In this document: positions 1 through 10,771 of the stretch, one piece after another
Layout: each line of letters starts with the position of its first letter
Numbering within the stretch: position 1 is the first letter of the stretch
Assembly (NCBI GenBank): GCA_964200985.1
Contig: CAXNCU010000001.1
Location: 1 to 59,106, forward strand
Direction of reading: 5' to 3'
Length of the DNA: 59,106 bases
Origin: Candidatus Planktophila sp.
Lineage (GTDB): Bacteria > Actinomycetota > Actinomycetes > Nanopelagicales > Nanopelagicaceae
Notes under the pieces: model-generated
Databases searched by the model: none
Seen by the model: the letters and a program-made list of their open reading frames with translations, nothing else
Told to the model about the DNA's origin: nothing
Position numbers and translations under genes: made by a program

Positions 1-2
1 CT

Positions 3-1928
3 ACCAATCTCTTTGCCGAGAATAAAGATATTGTCGTTGCCCGAATTAACGGTGCACTCCGAGATCTTTGGAGTGATTTATCTGCCGGAGATGTTGTTGA
101 AGGTGTATCTATCTCATCTCCTGATGGCCTTGCAGTACTTCGCCATTCAACCGCACATGTAATGGCTCAAGCCGTGCAAGAGATTTATGCCGATACAAAG
201 CTTGGAATTGGACCCCCGATTCAAGATGGTTTTTACTACGACTTTGATCCCGTCAACACTTTCAACCCAGATGATTTAGTAAAGATTGAAAGCGCAATGC
301 GCAAGATCGTCAAGGATGGTCAACGTTTCAGACGCCGTGTTACGACCGAAAGTGATGCGCTCAAGGAGTTGGCCCACGAGCCTTACAAGTGCGAACTGAT
401 TGGCATTAAAGGACCGGCGGGGGATGAGGCGAGCGTAGAAGTTGGTGGCAGTGAGCTCACCATTTATGAGAATTTAGGGCGCGATGGCAATCCTGTCTGG
501 AGTGATCTCTGTAGAGGCCCACATCTACCATCGACGAAACATATTCCTGCATTTAAGTTGATGCGCACAGCGGCTGCATATTGGCGCGGCTCTGAAAAGA
601 ATCCAATGCTCCAACGTATTTACGGCACTGCCTGGCCAAGCCAGGATGAACTCAACGGCTACCTCGAACTTCTTGCTCAGGCTGAAAAGCGTGATCACCG
701 TCGTCTTGGAACAGAACTCGATCTCTTTTCATTTCCAGAGGAGATTGGTTCGGGCCTAGCGGTATTTCACCCTAAAGGTGGAATTGTTCGCCGGGCGATG
801 GAGGATTACTCGCGGACACGCCATGAAGAAGAGAACTATGAATTTGTCTATTCACCCCATTTAACGAAGGCCGCTCTCTTTGAAACTTCGGGCCACTTGC
901 AGTGGTATGCCGAAGGAATGTATCCACCAATGATTTTGGATGAAGAGTTTCATGCCGACGGTACGATTAAGCGCGCTGGGCAAAAGTATTACATGAAGCC
1001 CATGAACTGCCCTTTCCACAATCTTATTTATAAATCACGCGGGCGTTCATATCGCGAACTTCCATTGCGCTTGTTCGAATTCGGCACTGTGTACAGATAT
1101 GAAAAATCCGGCGTACTCCATGGAATCACGCGTGCCCGTGGATTTACTCAAGATGATGCGCATATCTACTGCACAAAAGATCAGATGGTGGGCGAGCTTG
1201 ATTCGCTTCTAACTTTCGTCTTGAACTTACTCCGTGACTATGGCCTCAATGATTTCTATCTTGAACTATCAACTCGTAACCCAGAAAAATCCGTGGGAGA
1301 AGATAGTGATTGGGAAGAGGCGACGCAGGCTCTGCGAAAAGCGGCAGAGGCACAGAAACTTGAGCTTGTATTAGATGAGGGCGGAGCAGCTTTTTACGGA
1401 CCTAAGATTTCGGTACAGGCGAAAGATGCAATTGGCCGCACCTGGCAGATGTCTACGATCCAAGTTGATTTTCAACTTCCGCAGCGCTTTGAACTTGAAT
1501 ACGCCGCCGCCGATGGTTCACGCCAGCGTCCAGTCATGATTCACCGCGCACTCTTTGGATCAATTGAGCGTTTCTTTGGAGTTTTGACCGAACACTATGC
1601 CGGCGCCTTTCCGCCATGGCTTGCACCTGTCCAAGCTATAGGAATTCCAGTTGCCGAAGAGTTTGACGGTTATTTAGCAGATGTCATGGGGCAGATGCGC
1701 AAGGCTGGGATCAGAACAGAGCTAGATAGCTCCGATGATCGCATGCAGAAAAAAGTGCGCAATGCACAGATGCAGAAAATTCCATTTATGGTTATTGCCG
1801 GCGCCGAAGATCAAGCGGCCGGGGCCGTCTCATTTCGCTATAGAAATGGTGAACAGAAAAATGGCGTTCCAATCGCCGATGCAATCGCGGAGATTAAAAA
1901 GAGCGTTCTGGAACGCACTCAGGTATAG
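3..1928 (+). CDS. thrS: Threonine--tRNA ligase (5' end truncated by window edge)
   Basis: Frame is open from position 3 ([17 protein letters not shown]...LRHSTAHVM). DLCRGPH, KPMNCP, RYEKSG, TQDDAH and [11 protein letters not shown] motifs; anticodon-binding C-terminus. Confidence 0.98.
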   Translation, partial: TNLFAENKDIVVARINGALRDLWSDLSAGDVVEGVSISSPDGLAVLRHSTAHVMAQAVQEIYADTKLGIGPPIQDGFYYDFDPVNTFNPDDLVKIESAMRKIVKDGQRFRRRVTTESDALKELAHEPYKCELIGIKGPAGDEASVEVGGSELTIYENLGRDGNPVWSDLCRGPHLPSTKHIPAFKLMRTAAAYWRGSEKNPMLQRIYGTAWPSQDELNGYLELLAQAEKRDHRRLGTELDLFSFPEEIGSGLAVFHPKGGIVRRAMEDYSRTRHEEENYEFVYSPHLTKAALFETSGHLQWYAEGMYPPMILDEEFHADGTIKRAGQKYYMKPMNCPFHNLIYKSRGRSYRELPLRLFEFGTVYRYEKSGVLHGITRARGFTQDDAHIYCTKDQMVGELDSLLTFVLNLLRDYGLNDFYLELSTRNPEKSVGEDSDWEEATQALRKAAEAQKLELVLDEGGAAFYGPKISVQAKDAIGRTWQMSTIQVDFQLPQRFELEYAAADGSRQRPVMIHRALFGSIERFFGVLTEHYAGAFPPWLAPVQAIGIPVAEEFDGYLADVMGQMRKAGIRTELDSSDDRMQKKVRNAQMQKIPFMVIAGAEDQAAGAVSFRYRNGEQKNGVPIADAIAEIKKSVLERTQV

Positions 1929-1930
1929 CG

Positions 1931-2452
1931 ATGAGCATTGATGGCGCTGGATTTCCAGATGGATGGGCGCGATTGTGGGCACCACATCGACTTGATTATC
2001 TTCGCGGGGAAAATCGCCCACTGGAAGGTAATGACATCGAATGTCCTTTCTGTCGTATCCCACAGTTAAGTGACGCCGATGGGTTAATAGTTCATCGAGG
2101 TGAACATGCATATGTAGTTATGAATTTGTATCCCTACAATCCTGGCCACTTACTCGTTTGTGCATATCGACACGTTGCCGATTTAACAGATTTAACTACC
2201 GAAGAGCGAAATGAAATCTCAGCGTTGACCTCTCATGCCATGGCTACGATCCGTAAGGTTTCAGGACCTGAGGGTTTTAACTTAGGTATGAATCAAGGAG
2301 CAATTTCTGGCGCCGGCGTTGCAGATCATATTCACCAACATTTAGTTCCCAGATGGAGCGGTGATGCAAATTTCATGCCGATCATCGGTCGTACGAAAGT
2401 TATTCCGCAGTTATTGATGCTGACTCGAGATGAGATCGCCGCAGCTTGGTAG
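1931..2452 (+). CDS. HIT-family nucleotide hydrolase / Ap4A phosphorylase-like
   Basis: CPFC, NLYPYNPGH and HIHQH triad; immediately downstream of thrS as in other actinobacteria. Confidence 0.92.
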   Translation: MSIDGAGFPDGWARLWAPHRLDYLRGENRPLEGNDIECPFCRIPQLSDADGLIVHRGEHAYVVMNLYPYNPGHLLVCAYRHVADLTDLTTEERNEISALTSHAMATIRKVSGPEGFNLGMNQGAISGAGVADHIHQHLVPRWSGDANFMPIIGRTKVIPQLLMLTRDEIAAAW

Positions 2453-3037
2453 TTAGTTGTTAAGCTGGGATAAGTAGTTCCTAACAATATCTACGCCAAT
2501 TCCCTTTTCGATCCATAGTGGGATAGCCGGAAACAACATTCCCGCGGCAAATGCACTACTGCCCAATGAAGTCGTAAGCTCCATGTATTCATCGCGAAAC
2601 TCTTGAACTAACAGTTCATGTTCTGGCTCACAAGCAATATCACCCGCCGGCGTCGTGCTGTAATCCACAATCCGCATTGTTTCAAGGGAAATCAATGCGC
2701 ACGGTAGCCCTAAATCATCATGTAATACTAAAAATGGTGTTGCCATATGATCAAAGACTCTATTTGCAAGCATCACTGCATCATCAAAATCAGCCTCTAG
2801 ATTCTCTAACTGCGTCACTACAACTATGCGGGGAGTTTGTAGCTCATCTATGGCACGCCACATATCGATTGTTACTTGATCAATTCCAGTAGATGGATTT
2901 ACGACAAAGATCGCACAGTCAGATTCGGCCTCGGCGACCTGTGATGTATGGCCGTCAAAGGCTTTTGCCACGGCCTCTGGATGTGCGCTCTCATGGCCAT
3001 AGACGGCAATGGAGAGCGTGGATGAGGTGGAATTCAC
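2453..3037 (-). CDS. Small protein resembling the G domain (domain I) of actinobacterial EF-G-like protein EF-G2, with degenerate GTPase motifs
   Basis: DCAIFVV...GID..T..MW......PRIVVVTQLE...ADFD resembles the EF-G domain I core. Position between HIT and pgsA matches the EF-G2 locus. Putative -10 TAGGCT lies 6 nt upstream of GTG. Confidence 0.7.
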   Translation of the reverse strand: MNSTSSTLSIAVYGHESAHPEAVAKAFDGHTSQVAEAESDCAIFVVNPSTGIDQVTIDMWRAIDELQTPRIVVVTQLENLEADFDDAVMLANRVFDHMATPFLVLHDDLGLPCALISLETMRIVDYSTTPAGDIACEPEHELLVQEFRDEYMELTTSLGSSAFAAGMLFPAIPLWIEKGIGVDIVRNYLSQLNN

Positions 3038-3055
3038 CTGCTCAGCCTACGATGG

Positions 3056-3658
3056 GTGGTGATGATTAGTCGCATTGTAAAACCTGCCGTTACGAGATTC
3101 ATAACACCCGTAGCCTCCTTTGCCGTGCGCGTGGGAATAACGCCAAATGCCGTTACATGGATAGGCGCTTTAGGAGTCGTAGTTTCTTCTCTCTATTTCT
3201 ATCCGCGTGGGGATTTCTTCCTAGGTACTGCTGTTATCTCTTTCTTTGCCCTGAGCGATCTCTTCGATGGGACTATGGCGCGCATCTCTCACGCCGGTGC
3301 AAGTCGATGGGGAGGATTTCTGGATTCGACGATTGATCGGATAACTGATTCCGCCGTATTAATTGGTCTGCTCATATTCCTCATTGATTCAGAGGATCAG
3401 CTCAGTATCATGGTAATTATTACCCTAGTGACTGGAATACTTGTGCCTTATATTCGCGCAAAGGCCGAAATATTTGGGATTGCCTGTTCAGGTGGAATTG
3501 CCGAGCGAACAGAGCGTTTGGTTATTTCACTATCAGCGATTGCACTACATGGTCTTGGAGTTCCGTATGCTTTAACTCTTGGAATGTGGCTGCTGGCAAT
3601 TTTAGGCCTGATCACCGTTACACAGCGGTTAATAATTGTAAAGAGGTCATCGCAGTAA
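3056..3658 (+). CDS. pgsA: Phosphatidylinositol phosphate synthase (CDP-alcohol phosphatidyltransferase); start may be 3059 or 3062
   Basis: TPNAVT and D(LF)DG..AR...G..LD...DR motif; first gene of the PIM cluster. Confidence 0.93.
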   Translation: MVMISRIVKPAVTRFITPVASFAVRVGITPNAVTWIGALGVVVSSLYFYPRGDFFLGTAVISFFALSDLFDGTMARISHAGASRWGGFLDSTIDRITDSAVLIGLLIFLIDSEDQLSIMVIITLVTGILVPYIRAKAEIFGIACSGGIAERTERLVISLSAIALHGLGVPYALTLGMWLLAILGLITVTQRLIIVKRSSQ

Positions 3659-4543
3659 ATGATGGAGAGAATAACCTCGTGGGGCTATTTCGCAGCCTGG
3701 CGCGTACTTCGTTGGCTCCCTGAAAATTTTGTTTACAGAACGGCCTATAAAATCTCAGATCTCTTAACTAGGAAAAATGGAGCCAGTGTCCAACGCTTGC
3801 GCTCAAACCTAGCTCGAACACAACCATCAATTACCACTCTTGATTTAGATTTGCTTGTCTATCGCGCAATGCGCTCTGCGATTAGATACTGGTGCGATAC
3901 TTTTAGGCTTCCAGATTGGTCATTAGATCGCATTCAAAATACCGTTACTACTACAAATGAGTATTTACTCCTTGATGCAATGGCCGCAGGAAAAGGCGCC
4001 ATTGTTACTTTGCCACACGTTGGAAATTATGACCACGCTGCAGCTTATTTTTGCGGCAAGGGTGCAAAGCTGGTAACCGTTGCAGAGCATTTGAAGCCCG
4101 AGGCTCTCTTTAAGAAGTTCATGGCATATCGCGCCGCATTTGGAATGGAGGCTCTACCTCTCGATGGTCGAGTGATCCCGACATTGGCGCTGCGTTTAAA
4201 GGCGGGTTGTGTTGTCGCCCTCGCCGCCGATAGAGATCTTTCGCGCTCGGGGATCAACGTGAATTTCTTTGGGGGACCAGCACGAATGCCTGCAGGTCCT
4301 GCAGTTCTGGCGCTAAAGACCCAAGCCCCGCTTCTTTATGCCATGGTCTCTTACACAGAGGTGGGAATCCATATAGATTTTGAAAAGGTTCCAATGCCAA
4401 CTCATGGAAGTGAGAGCGAAAAGATTGCCGCAATTATTCAGAGCAGCGCAGACCTATTTGCAAAGGGAATCGCAGCTCATCCCCAGGATTGGCACATGAT
4501 GCAGCGCATCTGGGTCGATGGAGATTTCAAGGAGCGCAGCTGA
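3659..4543 (+). CDS. patA: Phosphatidylinositol mannoside acyltransferase
   Basis: HVGNYD (HxxxxD) acyltransferase motif, ADRDLS and DWHMMQ; lies between pgsA and pimA. Confidence 0.88.
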   Translation: MMERITSWGYFAAWRVLRWLPENFVYRTAYKISDLLTRKNGASVQRLRSNLARTQPSITTLDLDLLVYRAMRSAIRYWCDTFRLPDWSLDRIQNTVTTTNEYLLLDAMAAGKGAIVTLPHVGNYDHAAAYFCGKGAKLVTVAEHLKPEALFKKFMAYRAAFGMEALPLDGRVIPTLALRLKAGCVVALAADRDLSRSGINVNFFGGPARMPAGPAVLALKTQAPLLYAMVSYTEVGIHIDFEKVPMPTHGSESEKIAAIIQSSADLFAKGIAAHPQDWHMMQRIWVDGDFKERS

Positions 4544-5727
4544 TGTCTCTAAAGAAGTTAACAATTGGGATTGTCTGTCCCTATGGGTGGGACACACCCG
4601 GTGGAGTTCAAAATCATGTCCGTGATTTAGCAGAGTTTCTTATTGAGGCCGGACACAATGTTTCGGTCTTGGCCCCGGCCATTGATGAGACAGTATTGCC
4701 ACCATATGTTGTCAATGCAGGTAAACCGATTTCAATTCCTTACAACGGCGCGGTAGCTCGTGTTCTTTTTGGTCCCATTGCATTTGCTCGAGTTCGTCAG
4801 TGGATCACATCTGGTAATTTTGATATTTTGCATCTGCATGAACCCGCTATCCCATCCATATCCTTGCTTGCATGTTGGGCCGCTGAGGGACCGATGGTCG
4901 GAACTTTTCACGCCGCAGCTAAGCACCAGAAAGTTATTTATGCCATTGGTCCTATCCTTGAACCAGCGATTGAAAAACTATCTGCAAGAATTGCAGTGTC
5001 AGAGGCGGCCCGCCTGACACTTACAAATCACTTAGAAACCGATGCAGTGGTGATACCCAATGGAATCTATGCCAAGCGATATGCAAATGGTGTTCGGCAG
5101 GAGAAATGGTCGGGAAATACAATTGGATTCATTGGTCGCTTCGAAGAGCCGCGAAAAGGCCTTCAGGTGCTCCTTGATGCCCTTCCAATCATCGCGCGTT
5201 TTGCACCCGATGTGAGAGTTCTCGTCGCAGGGCCGGGGGATTCAGAGGAGGTCTTGAAATCCATCGATCCCCAACTTCGCCATCGCTTTGAGTTCTTGGG
5301 AAGAATAAGTGAAACGGAAAAAGCAGATTTCATGTCTTCAGTTGCGATCTACGTAGCACCAAATACCGGGGGAGAGTCATTCGGAATTATTTTGGCTGAG
5401 GCCTTAGCCGGAGGCGCTTGTGTTGTCGCCAGTGATATCGCAGCCTTTGATTCACTACTTGGTGGCGGTGAGTATGGTGCCCTGTTCACGTCTGAGGATT
5501 CAACAGATTTAGCAAAGACAATTATTGATCTGCTGCGTGATGAGAATAAACGCCATGAGGTCTCGGTTAAGGGAAAGGAGCACGCTCAGATCTTTGACTG
5601 GGAAGTTGTGGCCGAACAGATATTTTCAATTTACGAGATGGCGATGGTTGGCGGCGAAAAAATAACTCTCACTTCGGAAAATCGTTCATGGAACCGCTTT
5701 CTATCAAGGGATGGGGGTAAGCCATGA
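4543..5727 (+). CDS. pimA: GDP-mannose-dependent phosphatidyl-myo-inositol mannosyltransferase (GT4)
   Basis: VCPY..PGGVQ, HLHEP, EPRKG and GGESFGI.L.EA motifs; ATG at 4543 overlaps the patA stop. Confidence 0.92.
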   Translation: MSLKKLTIGIVCPYGWDTPGGVQNHVRDLAEFLIEAGHNVSVLAPAIDETVLPPYVVNAGKPISIPYNGAVARVLFGPIAFARVRQWITSGNFDILHLHEPAIPSISLLACWAAEGPMVGTFHAAAKHQKVIYAIGPILEPAIEKLSARIAVSEAARLTLTNHLETDAVVIPNGIYAKRYANGVRQEKWSGNTIGFIGRFEEPRKGLQVLLDALPIIARFAPDVRVLVAGPGDSEEVLKSIDPQLRHRFEFLGRISETEKADFMSSVAIYVAPNTGGESFGIILAEALAGGACVVASDIAAFDSLLGGGEYGALFTSEDSTDLAKTIIDLLRDENKRHEVSVKGKEHAQIFDWEVVAEQIFSIYEMAMVGGEKITLTSENRSWNRFLSRDGGKP

Positions 5728-6227
5728 AGACAACATTGGCAGTTGCGTTAGTCATTCTTATTATGCTCTGGTACTTATCATTTCTAGCAACACGACTAGA
5801 TCGTCTTCACCACCGAGTCGAGACAAGTTGGGCAAATCTAGATGGCCTACTGCAGCGACGTGCGGCAATTGCACTAGAACTGGCTCGGAGCGATTTCGCT
5901 GATCCAGCCTCGTCCTTGCTTTTAACGGCTTCGGCATACCAAGCAAGAGAGGCGACCGTAAAAGAGCGTTCTACTGCTGAGATGTCATTGACCGGTGCTC
6001 TTAACCTTTTAACCATAGATGGAGAGATCCACGCCAACGAAGGTGAGCGTCGACTACTTGATGAGTTGAGTGCACTCACCGCCAAGATTGCAATTGCAAT
6101 AGCGATTCACACCGATGCCGTTTCATCGACACAAAAAGTCAGACAGAAGTGGGCGATTCGCCTATTTCGCTTAGCGGGAACGGCGCCATTGCCAGTTACT
6201 TATGAGTTTGAGTTCGATGCGCTCTAA
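5724..6227 (+). CDS. Conserved membrane-anchored helical protein (LemA-like, typical of the gene after pimA)
   Basis: N-terminal TM helix, RLDRLH.R...SW..LD..L.RRA and RLFRLAGTAPLP; coupled to pimA. Confidence 0.7.
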   Translation: MKTTLAVALVILIMLWYLSFLATRLDRLHHRVETSWANLDGLLQRRAAIALELARSDFADPASSLLLTASAYQAREATVKERSTAEMSLTGALNLLTIDGEIHANEGERRLLDELSALTAKIAIAIAIHTDAVSSTQKVRQKWAIRLFRLAGTAPLPVTYEFEFDAL

Positions 6228-7233
6228 AAAAATACTGCTTGTAATCCTTGCGATTTCACTTCTGACTGGCTGCGCTAGCATCTCATCGACTATTAAATCA
6301 GTAACGCCTAAACCTATTGAGAAAAATGTACTAAGTGGCCGAGAAGGTCCAAATGGTCCAGTTCTCGTAGTCAAGATCGATGATACAAATGCCGCTCATC
6401 CTCAGATAGGACTAGAGGATGCCGATGTTGTCTATATTGAACAGGTCGAAGGTGGCTTAACTCGTTTAGCTGCGGTTTTTTCCTCAGTTATACCTATGCG
6501 CATTGGTCCAGTTCGAAGTGCGCGTATTTCAGATATTGAAATCATGAGTCAGTATGGAAGGGTCGCATTTGCATACAGTGGTGCCCAGAAGAAACTCTTG
6601 CCAGTTATTGCAGCGGCCAATCTTGCGAACTTAGGTGCCCAGGCACAACCACCGAGTATTTACACGCGCGATCCAGCACGTAACTCTCCTTATTCAATGG
6701 TGCTTCGTGCCGATCTCTTGATGCAAAAAAATATTGACAAGGGATACGTCGTTGATACGGCAAAATCCGTAGGTTGGAGATTCGCCCCTGTTGATTCGCA
6801 AGGCGTTGCAATTTCACAGGTAGTCATGCACTGGCCGGCAGCGACTTACAGCGCTACATGGTCGGAAGTTGAAAAACGATGGCACTTAAACCATAACAAT
6901 GAGCCAGATTTATCTGAGACTGGAAAGCGCCTAGGTCCCACGACTTTGGTTATCCAAATGGTTTCAATCACTGCCTCTGACTATGGAGATAAGTTTGGTG
7001 GCGTAACTCCATTTTCTAATACCATCGGGACAGGCACGGGCTACATTTTGCGTGATGGTAAGAGTTATACGGCGACATGGAGCCGGCCCTCTGCCGAAGT
7101 TGGAACTACGTGGAAGGCGTTAGATGGCAGTGAAATTACCTTCGCACCAGGGCAGGTATGGGTCGCACTGAGCGATTTAGAGCCTGATTTCACGCTAATA
7201 CCAGCGAGCGCGAGCGCCTCTCCGACAAAGTAG
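6217..7233 (+). CDS. DUF3048-family lipoprotein
   Basis: Lipobox LLTGC after a basic/hydrophobic signal; VVKIDD...[19 protein letters not shown] and GPVRSAR motifs. Confidence 0.8.
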   Translation: MRSKKILLVILAISLLTGCASISSTIKSVTPKPIEKNVLSGREGPNGPVLVVKIDDTNAAHPQIGLEDADVVYIEQVEGGLTRLAAVFSSVIPMRIGPVRSARISDIEIMSQYGRVAFAYSGAQKKLLPVIAAANLANLGAQAQPPSIYTRDPARNSPYSMVLRADLLMQKNIDKGYVVDTAKSVGWRFAPVDSQGVAISQVVMHWPAATYSATWSEVEKRWHLNHNNEPDLSETGKRLGPTTLVIQMVSITASDYGDKFGGVTPFSNTIGTGTGYILRDGKSYTATWSRPSAEVGTTWKALDGSEITFAPGQVWVALSDLEPDFTLIPASASASPTK

Positions 7234-7273
7234 GATATCCCCCTATAGATATCCACAAAATTGGAGACGGTTC

Positions 7274-8161
7274 ATGACGCAAGAGACAGGTACTGGGCGA
7301 GTTAAGCGTGGCATGGCAGAGATGCTCAAAGGCGGAGTCATCATGGATGTCGTTAACGCTGAACAGGCAAAGATCGCCGAAGATGCAGGCGCCGTCGCAG
7401 TCATGGCGCTAGAGCGCGTACCTGCAGATATTCGCGCCCAGGGTGGCGTTGCCCGCATGTCTGATCCAGACATGATTGAAAAGATTAAGGCTGCCGTGTC
7501 GATTCCGGTTATGGCCAAAGCACGCATTGGACACTTTGTTGAGGCTCAGGTTTTACAATCACTCGGTGTTGATTACATCGATGAGTCAGAGGTTCTAACT
7601 CCGGCAGATTATAAAAACCACATTGATAAGTGGAATTTCACTGTTCCATTTGTCTGTGGCGCGACAAATCTCGGAGAAGCACTTCGCCGCATTAACGAGG
7701 GCGCTGCGATGATTCGCTCAAAGGGTGAGGCCGGAACAGGCGATGTTTCAAATGCCATGCAGCACATGCGCGAAATCAATGGCGAGATTCGCCGCTTATC
7801 CTCACTTCGAGAAGATGAACTATATGTCGCTGCCAAAGAGCTACAAGCACCGTACGAATTAGTTAAAGAGGTAGCTCGCGCAGGAAAACTCCCAGTTGTT
7901 CTATTTACAGCTGGTGGAATTGCAACACCTGCCGATGCAGCTCTCATGATGAGCATGGGCGCCGATGGCGTATTTATTGGCTCCGGAATCTTTAAATCTG
8001 GTAATCCAGCTCAACGCGCCGCCGCATGTGTACGCGCAACTACTTTTTGGGATGATCCAAAAGTTATTGCAGATGCCTCTCGTGGACTCGGTGAAGCGAT
8101 GGTTGGAATCAACGTCGCCGACCTTCCAGCACCTCACCGCCTTGCAGAGCGTGGTTGGTAG
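7274..8161 (+). CDS. pdxS: Pyridoxal 5'-phosphate synthase lyase subunit
   Basis: [29 protein letters not shown] and [10 protein letters not shown]. Confidence 0.98.
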   Translation: MTQETGTGRVKRGMAEMLKGGVIMDVVNAEQAKIAEDAGAVAVMALERVPADIRAQGGVARMSDPDMIEKIKAAVSIPVMAKARIGHFVEAQVLQSLGVDYIDESEVLTPADYKNHIDKWNFTVPFVCGATNLGEALRRINEGAAMIRSKGEAGTGDVSNAMQHMREINGEIRRLSSLREDELYVAAKELQAPYELVKEVARAGKLPVVLFTAGGIATPADAALMMSMGADGVFIGSGIFKSGNPAQRAAACVRATTFWDDPKVIADASRGLGEAMVGINVADLPAPHRLAERGW

Positions 8162-8172
8162 TTATTGGCACC

Positions 8173-8757
8173 ATGAAGGTTGGAGTACTTGCCTTACAAG
8201 GTGATGTCCGTGAACACGTCAACGCTCTTATCGCGTGCGGCGTCGAACCAATAACGATTCGACGACCACAAGAGTTAGCTGGCGTTGAGGCACTTGTTTT
8301 ACCTGGGGGAGAGTCGACGACTATCGCTCAACTTTCCAAGATCTTTGGAATCTTTGAGCCCATTCGTTCACGAATTCACTCTGGCATGCCGGTCTACGGC
8401 TCATGTGCAGGGATGATTTTACTAGCCGATCACATTCTCGATGCAAAAGAAGGTCAGGAAACTTTCGGTGGTCTCGATATTACGGTGAGGCGAAACGCCT
8501 TTGGTCGCCAGGTAGATTCATTTGAATCTGACATCGCATTTCATGATGGTTCAGATGCGCCGATGCGAGCAGTTTTTATTCGAGCACCATGGGTTGAAAA
8601 AATGGGGGAAGGAGTTGAAGTATTAGCATCAATTGATTCACATCCTGTGGCGGTGCGATCGAAATCAATATTGGCGACTTCATTTCACCCTGAACTCACG
8701 GGGGATCATCGCATTCATCGATATTTTATTGAAGAAGTGGCAAGAAAAGCTCTATAA
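8173..8757 (+). CDS. pdxT: Pyridoxal 5'-phosphate synthase glutaminase subunit
   Basis: GVLALQG, PGGESTT, GSCAG, RNAFGRQ and FHPEL. Confidence 0.97.
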   Translation: MKVGVLALQGDVREHVNALIACGVEPITIRRPQELAGVEALVLPGGESTTIAQLSKIFGIFEPIRSRIHSGMPVYGSCAGMILLADHILDAKEGQETFGGLDITVRRNAFGRQVDSFESDIAFHDGSDAPMRAVFIRAPWVEKMGEGVEVLASIDSHPVAVRSKSILATSFHPELTGDHRIHRYFIEEVARKAL

Positions 8758-8805
8758 AAGGTAGAGTAGCTCGAACTAATACAAATGGGGCAAAGGGGCT
8801 AAACA

Positions 8806-9558
8806 ATGTCTGGCCATTCCAAGTGGGCGACAACTAAGCACAAAAAGGCGATCACTGATGGCCGCCGTGCAAAGGTTTTCGCAAAGCAGATTCGTGCCAT
8901 CGAAGTAGCTGCACGCAATGGCGGCGCTGACCTCGAAGGCAATCCAACACTCTTTGATGCAATCGCAAAGGCTAAGAAGTCATCGATGCCTGCAGATAAT
9001 ATTGAACGCGCCGTTAAGCGCGGCGCAGGCCTTGAATTAGGCGCTGCCGATTATCAAACAATTATGTATGAGGGTTACGGACCAAATGGCGTTGCCATCA
9101 TGATTGAATGTCTGACCGATAATCGCAATAGATCATCCTCTGAAGTACGTGTTGCAGTCACTCGTAATGGCGGGACAATGGCCGATCCGGGTTCAGTCTC
9201 TTACCTGTTTAATCGTAAAGGCGTAATAACTATTAAAAAGAGTGCGGGCCTGACAGAGGATTCAATTCTTGAAGCGGTACTAGATGCCGGTGCCGAAGAG
9301 GTTAATGACCTAGGGGAGGCATTCGAAGTTGTCAGCGAGCCAAGTGATTTAGTGCCGGTTCGTTCAGCTTTGCAGAGTGCGGGAATCGATTATGAATCCG
9401 CCGACTCTTCATTCTTACCATCGATGCAGATTGAACTTGATGCAGATGGGGCTAAGAAGCTATTTGAACTCATCGATGCAATTGAAGAGCTCGACGATGT
9501 GCAGAATGTATTTAGCAATTTTGATGTATCAGATGAGGTTATGGCGAGCCTAGAGTAG
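8806..9558 (+). CDS. yebC: YebC/PmpR family protein
   Basis: [20 protein letters not shown] and TDNRNR; lies upstream of ruvC. Confidence 0.96.
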   Translation: MSGHSKWATTKHKKAITDGRRAKVFAKQIRAIEVAARNGGADLEGNPTLFDAIAKAKKSSMPADNIERAVKRGAGLELGAADYQTIMYEGYGPNGVAIMIECLTDNRNRSSSEVRVAVTRNGGTMADPGSVSYLFNRKGVITIKKSAGLTEDSILEAVLDAGAEEVNDLGEAFEVVSEPSDLVPVRSALQSAGIDYESADSSFLPSMQIELDADGAKKLFELIDAIEELDDVQNVFSNFDVSDEVMASLE

Positions 9559-9563
9559 TTAGG

Positions 9564-9591
9564 AAGAGTTAAAGCCTAGGCTTGAACTCTT
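9564..9591. repeat. 28-bp near-perfect palindrome upstream of ruvC
   Basis: AAGAGTT-A-AAGCCT|AGGCTT-G-AACTCTT; one mismatched pair, no spacer. Confidence 0.7.
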
Positions 9592-9619
9592 ACCGGTTGG
9601 TAAAAAGAGGGATGGTGCG

Positions 9620-10156
9620 ATGCGAGTTCTGGGAATTGATCCTGGCCTAACGCGCTGTGGCATCGGAATCGTTGAGGGCGCTGTTGGACGGCCCTTAGCA
9701 ATGGTGGGCGTAGGTGTGATTTTGACGCCATCGGATACGGCCCTTGAATCGCGCTTGCTTGAATTAGATAGATCGATCAATGAATGGGTGTCTCTGTTTA
9801 ATCCCGATGTCATTGCAGTTGAACGGGTTTTTGCCCAGCACAATGTGCGCACGGTTATGGGCACTGCCCAGGCTGCCGGTGTTGCATTACTTATTGCAGC
9901 AAAATCCGGAATTCCAGTCATGATGCATACACCCAGTGAAGTTAAAGCTGCAGTCACCGGGTCAGGCCGGGCCAATAAAGCACAAGTTGCTGCGATGGTT
10001 GTCAAAGTTCTCAATTTATCTGAGATTCCAAAACCGGTTGATGCAACAGATGCCTTAGCCCTTGCTATTTGTCATATTTGGCGTGGGGGAGCAAGTGCAA
10101 AGATTGCCGACGCCCTAGCGGCAGAAAAATCACGGATTAGAAAACTGCGTGGGTAA
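9620..10156 (+). CDS. ruvC: Holliday junction endonuclease RuvC
   Basis: GIDPG, AVERVF, PSEVK and DATDALALA catalytic acidic motifs. Confidence 0.97.
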   Translation: MRVLGIDPGLTRCGIGIVEGAVGRPLAMVGVGVILTPSDTALESRLLELDRSINEWVSLFNPDVIAVERVFAQHNVRTVMGTAQAAGVALLIAAKSGIPVMMHTPSEVKAAVTGSGRANKAQVAAMVVKVLNLSEIPKPVDATDALALAICHIWRGGASAKIADALAAEKSRIRKLRG

Positions 10157-10771
10157 ATGATTTCTCTAGTCACCGGTAGCGTGCGTTCGATTCATACCGA
10201 CCGTTTAATTGTGGAGGTCGGGGGAATCGGTTTGAGTGTTTTAGTAAATGCTCAAACAAGTGCCAGCGTTACAATGGGTTCGCAAGTGCAGTTATTTACA
10301 ACGTTGGTTGTTCGCGAAGATGCACTGACACTCTTTGGCTTCTTAAGCGATGATGCTCGTTCATTATTTGAACTCGTACAGACCGTGACTGGAATTGGAC
10401 CGAAAGTAGCGCTCTCAATTTTGGGTGCCTTAACCCCCGAGGATCTTGGCCGAGCGATAGCAACTGAGGACGTTGCCGCAATTGAGCGAGTTCCCGGCAT
10501 CGGTCGAAAGGGTGCTCAACGAATGATTTTAGAACTCAAAGGAAAGTTGAGCGATTTATCAACTGGTGCGACATACCGCGGTCATGTTCCAGCCTGGCGC
10601 GAGGATTTAACTGGTGCGCTTATTTCTCTTGGGTTCTCACCAAAAGAGGCAGATATATCCATCTCTGCTCTAGTTTCTAGATTAGCTGCCCAAGATTTAG
10701 ATCCAACTACAATTGCCTTAAGTGATTTACTCAAAGATGCATTAGCAAATGGAAAGAGTTCTCGTGGCTGA
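10157..10771 (+). CDS. ruvA: Holliday junction branch migration protein RuvA
   Basis: VREDA.TLFGF; HhH motifs GIGPK and VPGIGRK. Confidence 0.97.
   Translation: MISLVTGSVRSIHTDRLIVEVGGIGLSVLVNAQTSASVTMGSQVQLFTTLVVREDALTLFGFLSDDARSLFELVQTVTGIGPKVALSILGALTPEDLGRAIATEDVAAIERVPGIGRKGAQRMILELKGKLSDLSTGATYRGHVPAWREDLTGALISLGFSPKEADISISALVSRLAAQDLDPTTIALSDLLKDALANGKSSRG

Noticed and set aside
7249-7257. DnaA-box-like ATATCCACA upstream of pdxS
   Set aside because: One mismatch and isolated; expected by chance.
9559-10014. 151-aa minus-strand ORF opposite ruvC
   Set aside because: Antisense shadow of a conserved gene; no recognisable motifs.
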